Part shown: one piece after another, positions 46,901 to 55,261 of the stretch | How the letters are laid out: every line of letters begins with the position of its first letter | Position numbering within the stretch: the stretch's first letter is position 1 | Assembly (NCBI GenBank): GCA_963422335.1 | Contig: OY729424.1 | Coordinates: forward strand, 6,473,974 to 6,537,973 | Reading direction: 5' to 3' | From: an uncultured Roseateles sp. | GTDB lineage: Bacteria; Pseudomonadota; Gammaproteobacteria; Burkholderiales; Burkholderiaceae_C | DNA length: 64,000 nt | The notes under the pieces: generated by a model | Database searches by the model: none | The model's input: the letters and a program-made list of their open reading frames with translations, nothing else | What the model was told of the DNA's origin: nothing | Made by a program: the position numbers and the translations under genes

Positions 46901-49590
46901 CAGTAGTTGACCGTGGCCCGCACGCCGAACATGCGCGGCGGGTTGTAGCTGTTGAAGGTGTAGCCGCCGGCATTGCCCTGGCCCATCCAGTTCTTCACGA
47001 TGTTGTTGCTGAGGTTGGTGCCCCACAGCTCGACATCCCACTTGCCGTCGGCGCCGGCCAGCTTCACCGCCGCATTCCAGTTGGTGTAGGCCTTCTGGTA
47101 GTCGCCGATGACCGGGTTGTCGAGGTTGCGCACCGTGAAGTACATGCGGCTCTGGTAGCGCATGCCCAGCGACGGCGTCAGCGTCATGCCATTGCCCAGT
47201 TGCAGGTCATGGCCGTAGTTCAGCGCGAACGAGTACTTGGGCGCCATCGGCAGCTGGTGGCCGGTCACGTCCAGGATGGCGCGGCCGCGCTTGGCCGGGT
47301 CGGTGCCCAGGTAGATGGGCGCGCAGGGCGGTGCGCCGAACTCGGCGCGGTAGCCGCAGATCCAGTTGTCATCGAAGGTCGGGTAGGAGTTGACCTTGGA
47401 GTCCAGCACCGAGGCATAGCCCGAGAAAGTGCCGTTCTTCCAGGGCAGGGCCTTGAACTCCAGCTCCAAGCCCTGGATCGTGGCATTGCCGATGTTCTCG
47501 GTCTTCCAGCCCTGCACCACCTCGCAGGCCGGGTTCCAGTCCGGGCAGGTCTCGCCCTCGCGCAGCTTGCGCACGCCGACGGCATTCATGCCCGTGGCAT
47601 GCATGTCCTTGTACTTGGTATGGAAGTAGACGGCGCTCAGCTCCAGCTTGTTGTCGAAGTAGCGCCCCTTGTGGCCGATCTCGAAGTTGGTGGTGGTCTC
47701 CGGGTTGTATTCGAGGAAGTTGTACTTCTTGGTCGAGCCGTCATTGCAGGTGCCGCCGCCGCAGGTGTCGAACTTGTCGCCGAAGCCCCCCGGCCGGTAG
47801 CCGGTGGCGAGCGAGGCGAACACCATCTGCTTGGGGTTGAAGTCGTACTGCAGACCCAGGCGGTAGGTGGGTTTCTTCCAGCTCAGCGAGTGCGAGTTGA
47901 CGGTGGGCTCGGGGTAGACGCCCAGGCCGGCGAACGGCCCCATGCCGAAGGTCAGGTCGGTGCCGTTGTGCGGCGTGCACAGGCCGGGCACGCAGGGCGG
48001 CGCGTACTTGCCGTTGTAGTACCAGGGCGTGCTGGCATCCCACAGGCCGGCGCTGATGCCGCCGTTGTCGGTGCGGCTGTCGCGGCTGTAGCGGAAGCCC
48101 ACCGTACCGGTCAGCTTGTCGGCCAGGCTGATGTCGGCCTGGGCAAAGAAGGCCTTGGAATCGACGCGGCGGTCCGGCTGGCCATAGAACTGGCCCTGGG
48201 CCATCGCATAGGGGGCGACGATCAGATTGTCCTGCGCGAAGTCGATCGCATTCTTTTCCGACAAGGTGAACAGCCCGGCCACATAGCGCCACTTGCTGAA
48301 GCTCTGCTTGAGCTGCAGCTCGTTGACCCAGGAACGGTAGTTGGAGTTGAGGGTGTAGCTGGCCTGGTCGATGGCATGCTGGTTGCCCCAGTTGCCCCAC
48401 TCTTGCATGACGCCGACGTCACCCGGCAGCCAGTTCTGGCCGCCATCGTCGTCATGCTGCTGGTAGCGCTGCTGCTTGGCATAGGCCACCTTGTAGCCGA
48501 GCTCGGTGTTGTCGTTGAGCTTCCAGGTCAGCGAGCTGCGCAGCGTGTCAATGGTCATGTCTATCTTGCCCGGCACATTGACCTTGGCATACCACTGGCC
48601 CTGGGGACCGCAGGCAAAGCGGGTGCCGGCGGCCATCTCGCAATCCTTCAACCCGACCTCGCCGGCGCTGCCGTTCTTGTAGTGCTCGAAGCCGCCTATC
48701 CACTCGATGTCGCGGTTGACCGCCAGGCGTGCGGTGAGGCGGGCCGCCCATTGGTCGGAGTTGCTGTAGTACTCGCTGGGCGAGACCTTGCGGTTCAGGC
48801 GCTGGTCCGCGTCGGGCTTGCCATCGGGCGAGAAGGTGCCGTCGGGCTTCTTGATGCCGCGGTCATCCAGGTCCTGCACCTGGTTGATGTAGCCGTCACG
48901 CTTGTCCACCATCACGGCCGCGCGCAGCGCCAGGTTGTCACCCAGCGACAGGTTGTAGACCGACCGCAGCTGCTTGGCGTTGTAATTGCCCAGTTGCACC
49001 GAGGTCCAGCCGTAGTTGGACTTGAAGTCGGGCTTGGCCGGCAGGATGTTGACGACACCGGCCGTCGAGTTGCGGCCGAACAGGGTGCCCTGGGCGCCAC
49101 GCAGCACCTCGACCTGGTCCAGGTCGAACATCAGTGCCAGCGAGCCCTGCGGCCGCGGCGAGTAGATGCCGTCGATGTGCACGCCGACCGCCGGGTCGCC
49201 GATCTCGGTGAAATTGGTCGAGGTCACGCCGCGGATCGAGATCTGCACGCCCGAGTCGCCATTGGACAGGCCGAACTGCAGATTGGGCACCATGCCGCTG
49301 AGGTTCATCAGCTCCTTGACGTTGTCGCGCACCAGATCGTCCCCCTTCAGCGCCGTCACCGCCACCGGCGTCTTCAGCAGGCTGGTATTGACCCGGGTGG
49401 CGGTGACGGTGATCTGCGGCAGCTCCTTGGGCTGACCGGCGTTCTGCTCTTTCTTCTCCTTGGCTTCCTGTTCCGCCTTGGTGTCCTGGGCCCAGGCGGC
49501 GGGTGCCAGCGAGGCCCAGAGCAGGGCGGTGACGGCGGCGGCGCAGGCCGTCAGGGCGCCCGGCTGTCGTTGGAAAGGTTGATGCTGCAT
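46900..49590 (-). CDS. TonB-dependent receptor
   Basis: MQHQPFQRQPGALTACAAAVTALLWASLAPAAWAQ is the signal peptide. Plug: ITVTATRVNTSLLKTPVAVTALKGDDL...VEVLRGAQGTLFGRNSTAGVVNI. The barrel ends ...MFGVRATVNY. A GGAGA Shine-Dalgarno precedes the start. Confidence 0.85.
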   Translation of the reverse strand: MQHQPFQRQPGALTACAAAVTALLWASLAPAAWAQDTKAEQEAKEKKEQNAGQPKELPQITVTATRVNTSLLKTPVAVTALKGDDLVRDNVKELMNLSGMVPNLQFGLSNGDSGVQISIRGVTSTNFTEIGDPAVGVHIDGIYSPRPQGSLALMFDLDQVEVLRGAQGTLFGRNSTAGVVNILPAKPDFKSNYGWTSVQLGNYNAKQLRSVYNLSLGDNLALRAAVMVDKRDGYINQVQDLDDRGIKKPDGTFSPDGKPDADQRLNRKVSPSEYYSNSDQWAARLTARLAVNRDIEWIGGFEHYKNGSAGEVGLKDCEMAAGTRFACGPQGQWYAKVNVPGKIDMTIDTLRSSLTWKLNDNTELGYKVAYAKQQRYQQHDDDGGQNWLPGDVGVMQEWGNWGNQHAIDQASYTLNSNYRSWVNELQLKQSFSKWRYVAGLFTLSEKNAIDFAQDNLIVAPYAMAQGQFYGQPDRRVDSKAFFAQADISLADKLTGTVGFRYSRDSRTDNGGISAGLWDASTPWYYNGKYAPPCVPGLCTPHNGTDLTFGMGPFAGLGVYPEPTVNSHSLSWKKPTYRLGLQYDFNPKQMVFASLATGYRPGGFGDKFDTCGGGTCNDGSTKKYNFLEYNPETTTNFEIGHKGRYFDNKLELSAVYFHTKYKDMHATGMNAVGVRKLREGETCPDWNPACEVVQGWKTENIGNATIQGLELEFKALPWKNGTFSGYASVLDSKVNSYPTFDDNWICGYRAEFGAPPCAPIYLGTDPAKRGRAILDVTGHQLPMAPKYSFALNYGHDLQLGNGMTLTPSLGMRYQSRMYFTVRNLDNPVIGDYQKAYTNWNAAVKLAGADGKWDVELWGTNLSNNIVKNWMGQGNAGGYTFNSYNPPRMFGVRATVNY

Positions 49591-49636
49591 GCTTGTCTCC
49601 TCTGTTGGTATCGATATGGGCGGGATGCTTCAGCGC

Positions 49637-50338
49637 TCAGCAGGTGAGCTGCGGGCCGGGGGCAACCTCGAACAGGGCCGCGGCGCGGAGGTAGAAACCG
49701 ACACGCCGGGCCTGCTTGGCGGTGGCCGCGGCATCACCGGGCTTGTCGCACTCGATCACGCCATTGATGCTGCGGGTGCTCTGGCCGAAGCCGGCGCCGC
49801 TGACGATGGCCTGGTGCGGGCTCATGCTGCCGGGGCCGACCTGCGTCATCCAGTACCAGACGGCGGTCTGCCAGGCAATCTTGGGGTCCTTGGCGACGAG
49901 CTCCGGCTCGGCCCACAGGTCCAGGCCCAGGGCCCGGCCGGCGGCCAGGTACATGAAATTCCAGGACAGCTGTATCGGTCCGCGGCCGTAGTACTGGCGG
50001 CCCGGGGCACAGGACTCGTCGGGGCCGGTCCGGCAGTAGCTGTCGTAATTGGCCTGGTTGTATTCGCGCACCGCACGCAGCTGGTCCGACTCGTGGGCGA
50101 TGTGGGCCAGGAAGGCCGCCATCTCGCGGCGGTTCACCGCCTCGTCGCCCGAGTCGGCAAAGCCGGGGTAGGCCGCCAGCGCCTGCACAAAACCCTCGTA
50201 GGTGTAGAAGGCAATGCGCTGCGGAAACAGCTGGTCGAACTGGGTCGGGCTGGGCACAAAGGGTTTCGGTGCGGCCGCCGTGGCAAGCCCTCCGGCTACG
50301 ATCATCCCCCCCACGATCAACGCTTTGAGTACGCGCAC
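49637..50338 (-). CDS. Secreted glycoside hydrolase family 19 chitinase
   Basis: GTG start at 50338 with a signal peptide (MRVLKALIVGGMIVAGGLATAAA). GH19 motifs: EMAAFLAHIAHESD, YYGRGPIQLSWNFMY, IAWQTAVWYWMT. Confidence 0.8.
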   Translation of the reverse strand: MRVLKALIVGGMIVAGGLATAAAPKPFVPSPTQFDQLFPQRIAFYTYEGFVQALAAYPGFADSGDEAVNRREMAAFLAHIAHESDQLRAVREYNQANYDSYCRTGPDESCAPGRQYYGRGPIQLSWNFMYLAAGRALGLDLWAEPELVAKDPKIAWQTAVWYWMTQVGPGSMSPHQAIVSGAGFGQSTRSINGVIECDKPGDAAATAKQARRVGFYLRAAALFEVAPGPQLTC

Positions 50339-50436
50339 GGTGTCCCCTGGTGCAGTCCGGTTCGGCGCGCCCGAGATTGGTACGCAACCGGTAGTAACTA
50401 TCCACGCTTCTGCATCCAGAAAGCCTCAAGACATTC

Positions 50437-50469
50437 TTAAGATTGAATTAATGCAAGCCTTGCTAGAGT
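50437..50469 (+). promoter_or_regulatory. Second copy of the pho-box-like repeat / -10 / leaderless promoter architecture
   Basis: TTAAGA (50437-42) and TTAATG (50448-53) repeat at an 11-bp period. After a 10-nt gap comes TAGAGT (50464-69), then 7 nt to the ATG at 50477. There is no Shine-Dalgarno. Confidence 0.5.
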
Positions 50470-50476
50470 CGGCAGC

Positions 50477-51163
50477 ATGAGAGTCTGCCTAGTAGAAGAC
50501 GACCTGGAGCTGGGTCGCTCGCTGCAATCCCTGCTGCAGGATGCCGGTCATGAAGTGGTCTGGGTGCGGCGTGCCACCGACGCCCGCTACTGGACCGGCG
50601 AGCAGCAGTTCGACGCCATGCTGCTGGACCTGGGCCTGCCCGACGGCAATGGCCTGGACCTGCTGCGCAGCGCCCGCCAGCACGACAAGCAGCTGCCCAT
50701 ACTTGTCATCACCGCCCGCGACGGCATCGAGGACCGGCTGCACGGGCTGGACAGCGGCGCCGACGACTACCTGGTCAAGCCCTTTGCCGGCGTCGAGCTG
50801 CTGGCGCGGCTGCGCGCGGTGGCCCGCCGCTCCGGCCTCATGGCAGCTCCCGACGAGGTGCATGAGTGGCGCATCAAGGACCTGCGCCTGGACGAGCGCC
50901 GCATGGTGCTTGTCCGCGACAGTCAGCGAGAAGGCCCGCGTGAGGCCCAGGCCATCAATCTGTCCAAGACCGAGTTCTCCATCCTGCTGGCCCTGCTCAA
51001 GCAACCCGATCGTGTGGTCGCGCGCCGCGAACTGGAGGCCCGTGCCCTGCTGCATGCCGACAGCCATGCGCTGGACGTGCACATGTTCAATCTGCGCAAG
51101 AAGATCGGCGAGGGCTATATCCGCACCGTGCGCGGCGTCGGCTTCGTGATCGAGAAATCCTGA
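50477..51163 (+). CDS. OmpR/PhoB-family response regulator (paralog of 42794..43453)
   Basis: MRVCLVEDDLELGRSLQSLLQDAGHEVVWVRR... The first 31 nt differ from the paralog at a single position. Confidence 0.9.
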   Translation: MRVCLVEDDLELGRSLQSLLQDAGHEVVWVRRATDARYWTGEQQFDAMLLDLGLPDGNGLDLLRSARQHDKQLPILVITARDGIEDRLHGLDSGADDYLVKPFAGVELLARLRAVARRSGLMAAPDEVHEWRIKDLRLDERRMVLVRDSQREGPREAQAINLSKTEFSILLALLKQPDRVVARRELEARALLHADSHALDVHMFNLRKKIGEGYIRTVRGVGFVIEKS

Positions 51164-52554
51164 TGCGGACCCAGCCATCGGCGACCGCGGCAGCGCCCAG
51201 CAAATCGCTGCTCAAGCGCACCTTCGGTGCCTTCTTCGGCGTGGTGCTGCTGGTCTGGTGCGGCCTGATGGCACGCGAGATCTACGACGTGAAGATCGTC
51301 CATGCCCGCAACGGCCAGGCCTGGAACCATGTCTGGGCCGAGCATGTGCGGCTGCAGACCCAGCTGTGGCTGGATCAACCGGACAAGCTGCATGCCATGC
51401 TGGCCGAACTGGAGCGGCTGCGCGCCCAGGAGTGGCAGGAGATGGGCTACGAGCCACCCATCATCGAGCTGCAGGTCTGGCAAGGCGAGCGGTTGCTTCA
51501 TCGCTTCGGGCCCCAGGGCCTGGGCGATCGCTCGCCTCCCGATGTGCGGCACTTCGCCAGCGACGACAAGTGGCTGTATGTCGAGGCCCGCTCGCCCGAA
51601 CAGGGCATCGTGGTGCGGCGCTGGCAGGAGGTGCCTGGCGCCTGGCATTTCAGCCTGCAGGGCCTGGCCTACTACGCGCGGCCGCTGTTCTACAGCCTGC
51701 CGCTGATGCTGGCCGTGGCCTGGCTGCTGCTGCGCACCGGCTTCGGGCCGCTGCGCCGCATGGCCAAGCAGATCGCGCGGCGCTCGGCCAAGGACCTGTC
51801 GCCGCTGCACCCCTCGGCCTATGTGGAGCTGGCGCCGGTGGTCAACTCGGTCAATGCGCTGATGGCACGGCTGCAGGACCGGCTGGAGCGCGAGCGCGAG
51901 TTCCTGCTCGATGCCGCCCATGAGTTGAAGACGCCGCTGGCGGTGATACAGCTCAACGCCGAGTCGCTGCAGCAATCGCCGGAGGCTGCGCGCAAGGCCG
52001 AGAGCACGCAGCGCCTGGTCGAGGGCGTGCGCCGCGCCACACACACGGTGCACCAGCTGCTGGCGCTGGCGCGCTCCGGCGGCGATGCCGAGGCCATGGA
52101 CCTGCGCGAGCATGATCTGGTGGCGCTGACCCGCGACCGCATCCTGCTCGCCAGCCAGCTGGCCGTGCGCCGCAACACCTATGTCGAGCTGCTGGCACCC
52201 GAGAGCTGCACCATGCTGATGAACCGCGAAAGCCTGGGCTCGCTGATCGATAACCTGGTGGACAACGCCGTCAAGTACTCCCCCTCGGGCAGCCGCGTGC
52301 TGCTGCAGATCGACAGCGACGGCGACTCGGTCTGCCTGAGCGTGGCCGACCAGGGGCCGGGCATACCCGAGGAACTGCACCAGAAGGTGTTCGAGCGCTT
52401 CTTTCGCGGGCTTGACCAGGAGCAACCGGGCAGCGGCCTGGGCCTGGCTATCGTCGAGCGCGCCGCCGCCCGGCATGGCGCGACCGTGCGCCTGGGGCCA
52501 GGTCTTGATGGCAAAGGCCTGACGGTGACGGTGGAGTTCCACCGCCAGGCTTGA
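51163..52554 (+). CDS. Sensor histidine kinase (paralog of 43453..44838)
   Basis: The ATG overlaps the regulator's stop (TGATG). H-box: FLLDAAHELKTPLAVI. ATPase: DQGPGIP...GSGLGLAIV. The periplasmic loop is colinear with the paralog (e.g. RRWQEVPGAWHFSLQGLAYYARPL against QRWEEIPGGWHFSFAGLSYYAKPL). Confidence 0.85.
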   Translation: MRTQPSATAAAPSKSLLKRTFGAFFGVVLLVWCGLMAREIYDVKIVHARNGQAWNHVWAEHVRLQTQLWLDQPDKLHAMLAELERLRAQEWQEMGYEPPIIELQVWQGERLLHRFGPQGLGDRSPPDVRHFASDDKWLYVEARSPEQGIVVRRWQEVPGAWHFSLQGLAYYARPLFYSLPLMLAVAWLLLRTGFGPLRRMAKQIARRSAKDLSPLHPSAYVELAPVVNSVNALMARLQDRLEREREFLLDAAHELKTPLAVIQLNAESLQQSPEAARKAESTQRLVEGVRRATHTVHQLLALARSGGDAEAMDLREHDLVALTRDRILLASQLAVRRNTYVELLAPESCTMLMNRESLGSLIDNLVDNAVKYSPSGSRVLLQIDSDGDSVCLSVADQGPGIPEELHQKVFERFFRGLDQEQPGSGLGLAIVERAAARHGATVRLGPGLDGKGLTVTVEFHRQA

Positions 52555-52580
52555 TTTCGGTCGTCCGGATGCAATCCCTG

Positions 52581-53480
52581 CTACCCGCCGAAGTCCTTCA
52601 GGGTCTCCAGCACATGCAGGGCTGCCGCAGGCAGCAGCGGGGCATCCAGATGCACCAGGCCCAGCTCGCGCTGCAGCGCCGGTTGCAGCGGGCGCAGTTG
52701 CAGGCGCTGCTGGGCGGCGATCTGCAGCGCCTCGGCCAGCGGCTGCTCCACCGGCAGCAGAGCCGCGCCATAGCCGGCGGCCACCAGGCTTTTCATCGCC
52801 TCGGTGTAGTTCAGCTCGATGCGCGCCGTCGGGCTGAAGCCGGCCTGACCGAACCACTCCATGGTCAGCCGGAACATGCGCGTGCCACTGTCATTGAAGA
52901 CCAGTGGACGCTCGGCCAGCCAGGCCGGCGTCACCGCCTCGGGGGCCTCCCAGGCCTGTGGCAGAAAGGCCATCATCGGGTCGCTGCGCCAGGGCGTGAC
53001 GGGCAGCTCGACCGTGCCCGGCTGCGGCAGGGTGACGATGCCTATTTCCAGCTGCCGTGCGGCCAGGCGCCGCAGCGTGTCGCTGGAGCCCAGCACGCTG
53101 ACCTCGACGTCGATGCCCGGATGGGCCCGCGCCAGCGCCTCCAGCACCTGGGGCAGCAGGTGCACGACCACGCCGGTGGAAGTGCCCAGCCTGACTTTGC
53201 CGACGCGGCCCTGGGCATGGCGCTGCACCAGATCGATCGCGTCCTCGCTGTCGCGCAGCAGCTGCCGGCCGCGCTCCACCAGCGCCGCGCCGGCCGCCGT
53301 GGCCAGCACCTTGCGGCCGCCGCGCAGCAGCAGCGGCGCGCCCAGGCGCGACTCCAGCTCGCTGATGTGCAGGCTCACCGTTGGCGGGGCCAGATGCAGG
53401 GCCTGGGCGGCGGCGGCGAAGGTGCCCAGGTCGGCAATCGCGACAAGGGTGCGGAGTTGGTCCAGGTTCAGGCTACGCAT
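52581..53480 (-). CDS. LysR-family transcriptional regulator
   Basis: MRSLNLDQLRTLVAIADLGTFAAAAQALHLAPPTVSLHISELESRLGAPLLLR is an LTTR HTH. 299 aa. The gene is divergent from the DUF1127-amn pair. Confidence 0.85.
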   Translation of the reverse strand: MRSLNLDQLRTLVAIADLGTFAAAAQALHLAPPTVSLHISELESRLGAPLLLRGGRKVLATAAGAALVERGRQLLRDSEDAIDLVQRHAQGRVGKVRLGTSTGVVVHLLPQVLEALARAHPGIDVEVSVLGSSDTLRRLAARQLEIGIVTLPQPGTVELPVTPWRSDPMMAFLPQAWEAPEAVTPAWLAERPLVFNDSGTRMFRLTMEWFGQAGFSPTARIELNYTEAMKSLVAAGYGAALLPVEQPLAEALQIAAQQRLQLRPLQPALQRELGLVHLDAPLLPAAALHVLETLKDFGG

Positions 53481-53569
53481 CAGGATTTCTGAATTATGAG
53501 ATCAGATGATTCAACTTCCCAAATACTAGGGCAAATACCAAGATGACGGCTCATCATTGAGGAGTTGTC

Positions 53570-53746
53570 ATGAAGTTCCTGTCCACCCTGTACCAAGCCT
53601 TGCAGCAAGCCCAACGCCGCCGCGCCGATGCCCGGGCGCTGGCCCAGATGGACCCCCGCGAGCTGCTGGACATAGCCATGGGCACCGGCGAGCGCGACTA
53701 CTGGCTGGCACGAGCTGCGGACCAGCGGCCACAATCGAGGGCATGA
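53570..53746 (+). CDS. Small DUF1127-like protein (58 aa), not in the ORF track
   Basis: ATG 53570 is preceded by GAGGAG 5 nt upstream. Translation: MKFLSTLYQALQQAQRRRADARALAQMDPRELLDIAMGTGERDYWLARAADQRPQSRA. The pattern basic stretch + L..MD.REL.DI + R.D is DUF1127-like. Its TGA overlaps the amn ATG (ATGA). Confidence 0.6.
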   Translation: MKFLSTLYQALQQAQRRRADARALAQMDPRELLDIAMGTGERDYWLARAADQRPQSRA

Positions 53747-55260
53747 GAAAGCACCACTCACCCCATGCCGACACCGGCCTGTTCGTCGCCCCGACCCGCT
53801 TCGATGACCCCCAGGCCGCGCTGGCCCAGGCGCGGCTGATCTACGAGCAGAGCGTCGCCCACCTGCGCGACAGCCTGCAGCGCTTCGTCGCCGGCGAGGC
53901 CTTCACCCAGCGGGTGCGTGCCTGCTACCCCTTTGTGCGCGTGCACACCGACACGGTGGCCCGCGCCGATTCGCGGCTCAGCTACGGCTTTGTTGCCGGG
54001 CCCGGCACCTTCGAGACCACGCTGACCCGGCCCGAGCTGTTCGAGCATTACTACGCCGAGCAATTCACCCTGCTGCTGAAGAACCATGGCGTGGCCCTGG
54101 AGATAGGCACCAGCACCCAGCCGATACCGGTGCACTTCTCGCTGGCCGAGCATGACCATCTGGAAGGCTCGCTGACGCCCGAGCGCCGCAAGCTGATGCG
54201 CGATCTGTTCGACCTGCCCGACCTGGCGGCGATGGACGACGGCATTGCCAATGGCACCTTCGAGCCCGCACCCGGCGAGGCCCAGCCGCTGGCGCTGTTC
54301 ACCGCCGCGCGGGTGGACTATTCGCTGCACCGGCTGCGCCACTACACCGGCACCGTGCCCGAGCACTTCCAGAACTTCGTGCTGTTCACCAACTACGCCT
54401 TCTACATCGACGAGTTCGTGCGCATGGGCCATGAGTTGATGGCGCAGGACGACGGCCACGAGTACATCGCCTTCGTCGAGCCCGGCAATGTGGTGACGCG
54501 GCGCAAGGGCCTGGCCGCCCGGCCCGGCGACGAACTGGGCGTGATACTGCCCCGCCTGCCGCAGATGCCCGCCTACCACCTGATACGCGAAGACCGCAGC
54601 GGCATCACCATGGTCAATATCGGTGTCGGCCCGGCCAATGCCAAGACCATCACCGACCACATCGCCGTGCTGCGCCCGCACGCCTGGCTGATGCTGGGCC
54701 ACTGCGCCGGCCTGCGCAACTCGCAGGCGCTGGGCGACTATGTGCTGGCCCACGGCTATGTGCGCGAGGACCATGTGCTGGACGAGGACCTGCCGCTGTG
54801 GGTGCCGATACCGCCGCTGGCCGAGGTGCAGCAGGCGCTCGAAACAGCCGTCGAGGAGGTGACCCAGCTGCAGGGCTATGAGCTCAAGCGCATCATGCGC
54901 ACCGGCACCGTGGCCTCGACCGACAACCGGAACTGGGAGCTCTTACCCTTCCGCGGCCAGGCCACCACGCCCGAGCGCCGCTTCAGCCAGAGCCGCGCGA
55001 TCGCGCTGGACATGGAGAGCGCCACCATCGCCGCCAACGGCTTCCGCTTCCGCGTGCCCTACGGCACCCTGCTGTGCGTCAGCGACAAGCCCCTGCACGG
55101 CGAGATCAAGCTGCCCGGCATGGCCAATCACTTCTACCGCGAGCGGGTGGACCAGCACCTGAAGATAGGCATTCGCGCGATTGAGCTGCTGCGCCAGCAG
55201 CGGATGGATCAGCTGCACAGCCGCAAGTTGCGCAGCTTCGCAGAAGTGGCGTTCCAGTGA
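53743..55260 (+). CDS. amn: AMP nucleosidase
   Basis: Track ORF 53557..55260; I use the internal ATG 53743 with a GAGGG Shine-Dalgarno (MRKHHSPHADTGLFVAPTRFDDPQAALAQ...). The PNP/UDP-type catalytic domain reads GVGPANAKTITDHIAVLRPHAWLMLGHCAGL...ALDMESATIAANGFRFRVPYGTLLCVSDKPLHGE. Confidence 0.85.
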   Translation: MRKHHSPHADTGLFVAPTRFDDPQAALAQARLIYEQSVAHLRDSLQRFVAGEAFTQRVRACYPFVRVHTDTVARADSRLSYGFVAGPGTFETTLTRPELFEHYYAEQFTLLLKNHGVALEIGTSTQPIPVHFSLAEHDHLEGSLTPERRKLMRDLFDLPDLAAMDDGIANGTFEPAPGEAQPLALFTAARVDYSLHRLRHYTGTVPEHFQNFVLFTNYAFYIDEFVRMGHELMAQDDGHEYIAFVEPGNVVTRRKGLAARPGDELGVILPRLPQMPAYHLIREDRSGITMVNIGVGPANAKTITDHIAVLRPHAWLMLGHCAGLRNSQALGDYVLAHGYVREDHVLDEDLPLWVPIPPLAEVQQALETAVEEVTQLQGYELKRIMRTGTVASTDNRNWELLPFRGQATTPERRFSQSRAIALDMESATIAANGFRFRVPYGTLLCVSDKPLHGEIKLPGMANHFYRERVDQHLKIGIRAIELLRQQRMDQLHSRKLRSFAEVAFQ

Positions 55261-55261
55261 C

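Noticed and set aside
46867-49647. 926-aa plus-strand ORF opposite the third TonB-dependent receptor
   Set aside because: It is a shadow ORF. The minus frame has a plug domain and a barrel terminus.
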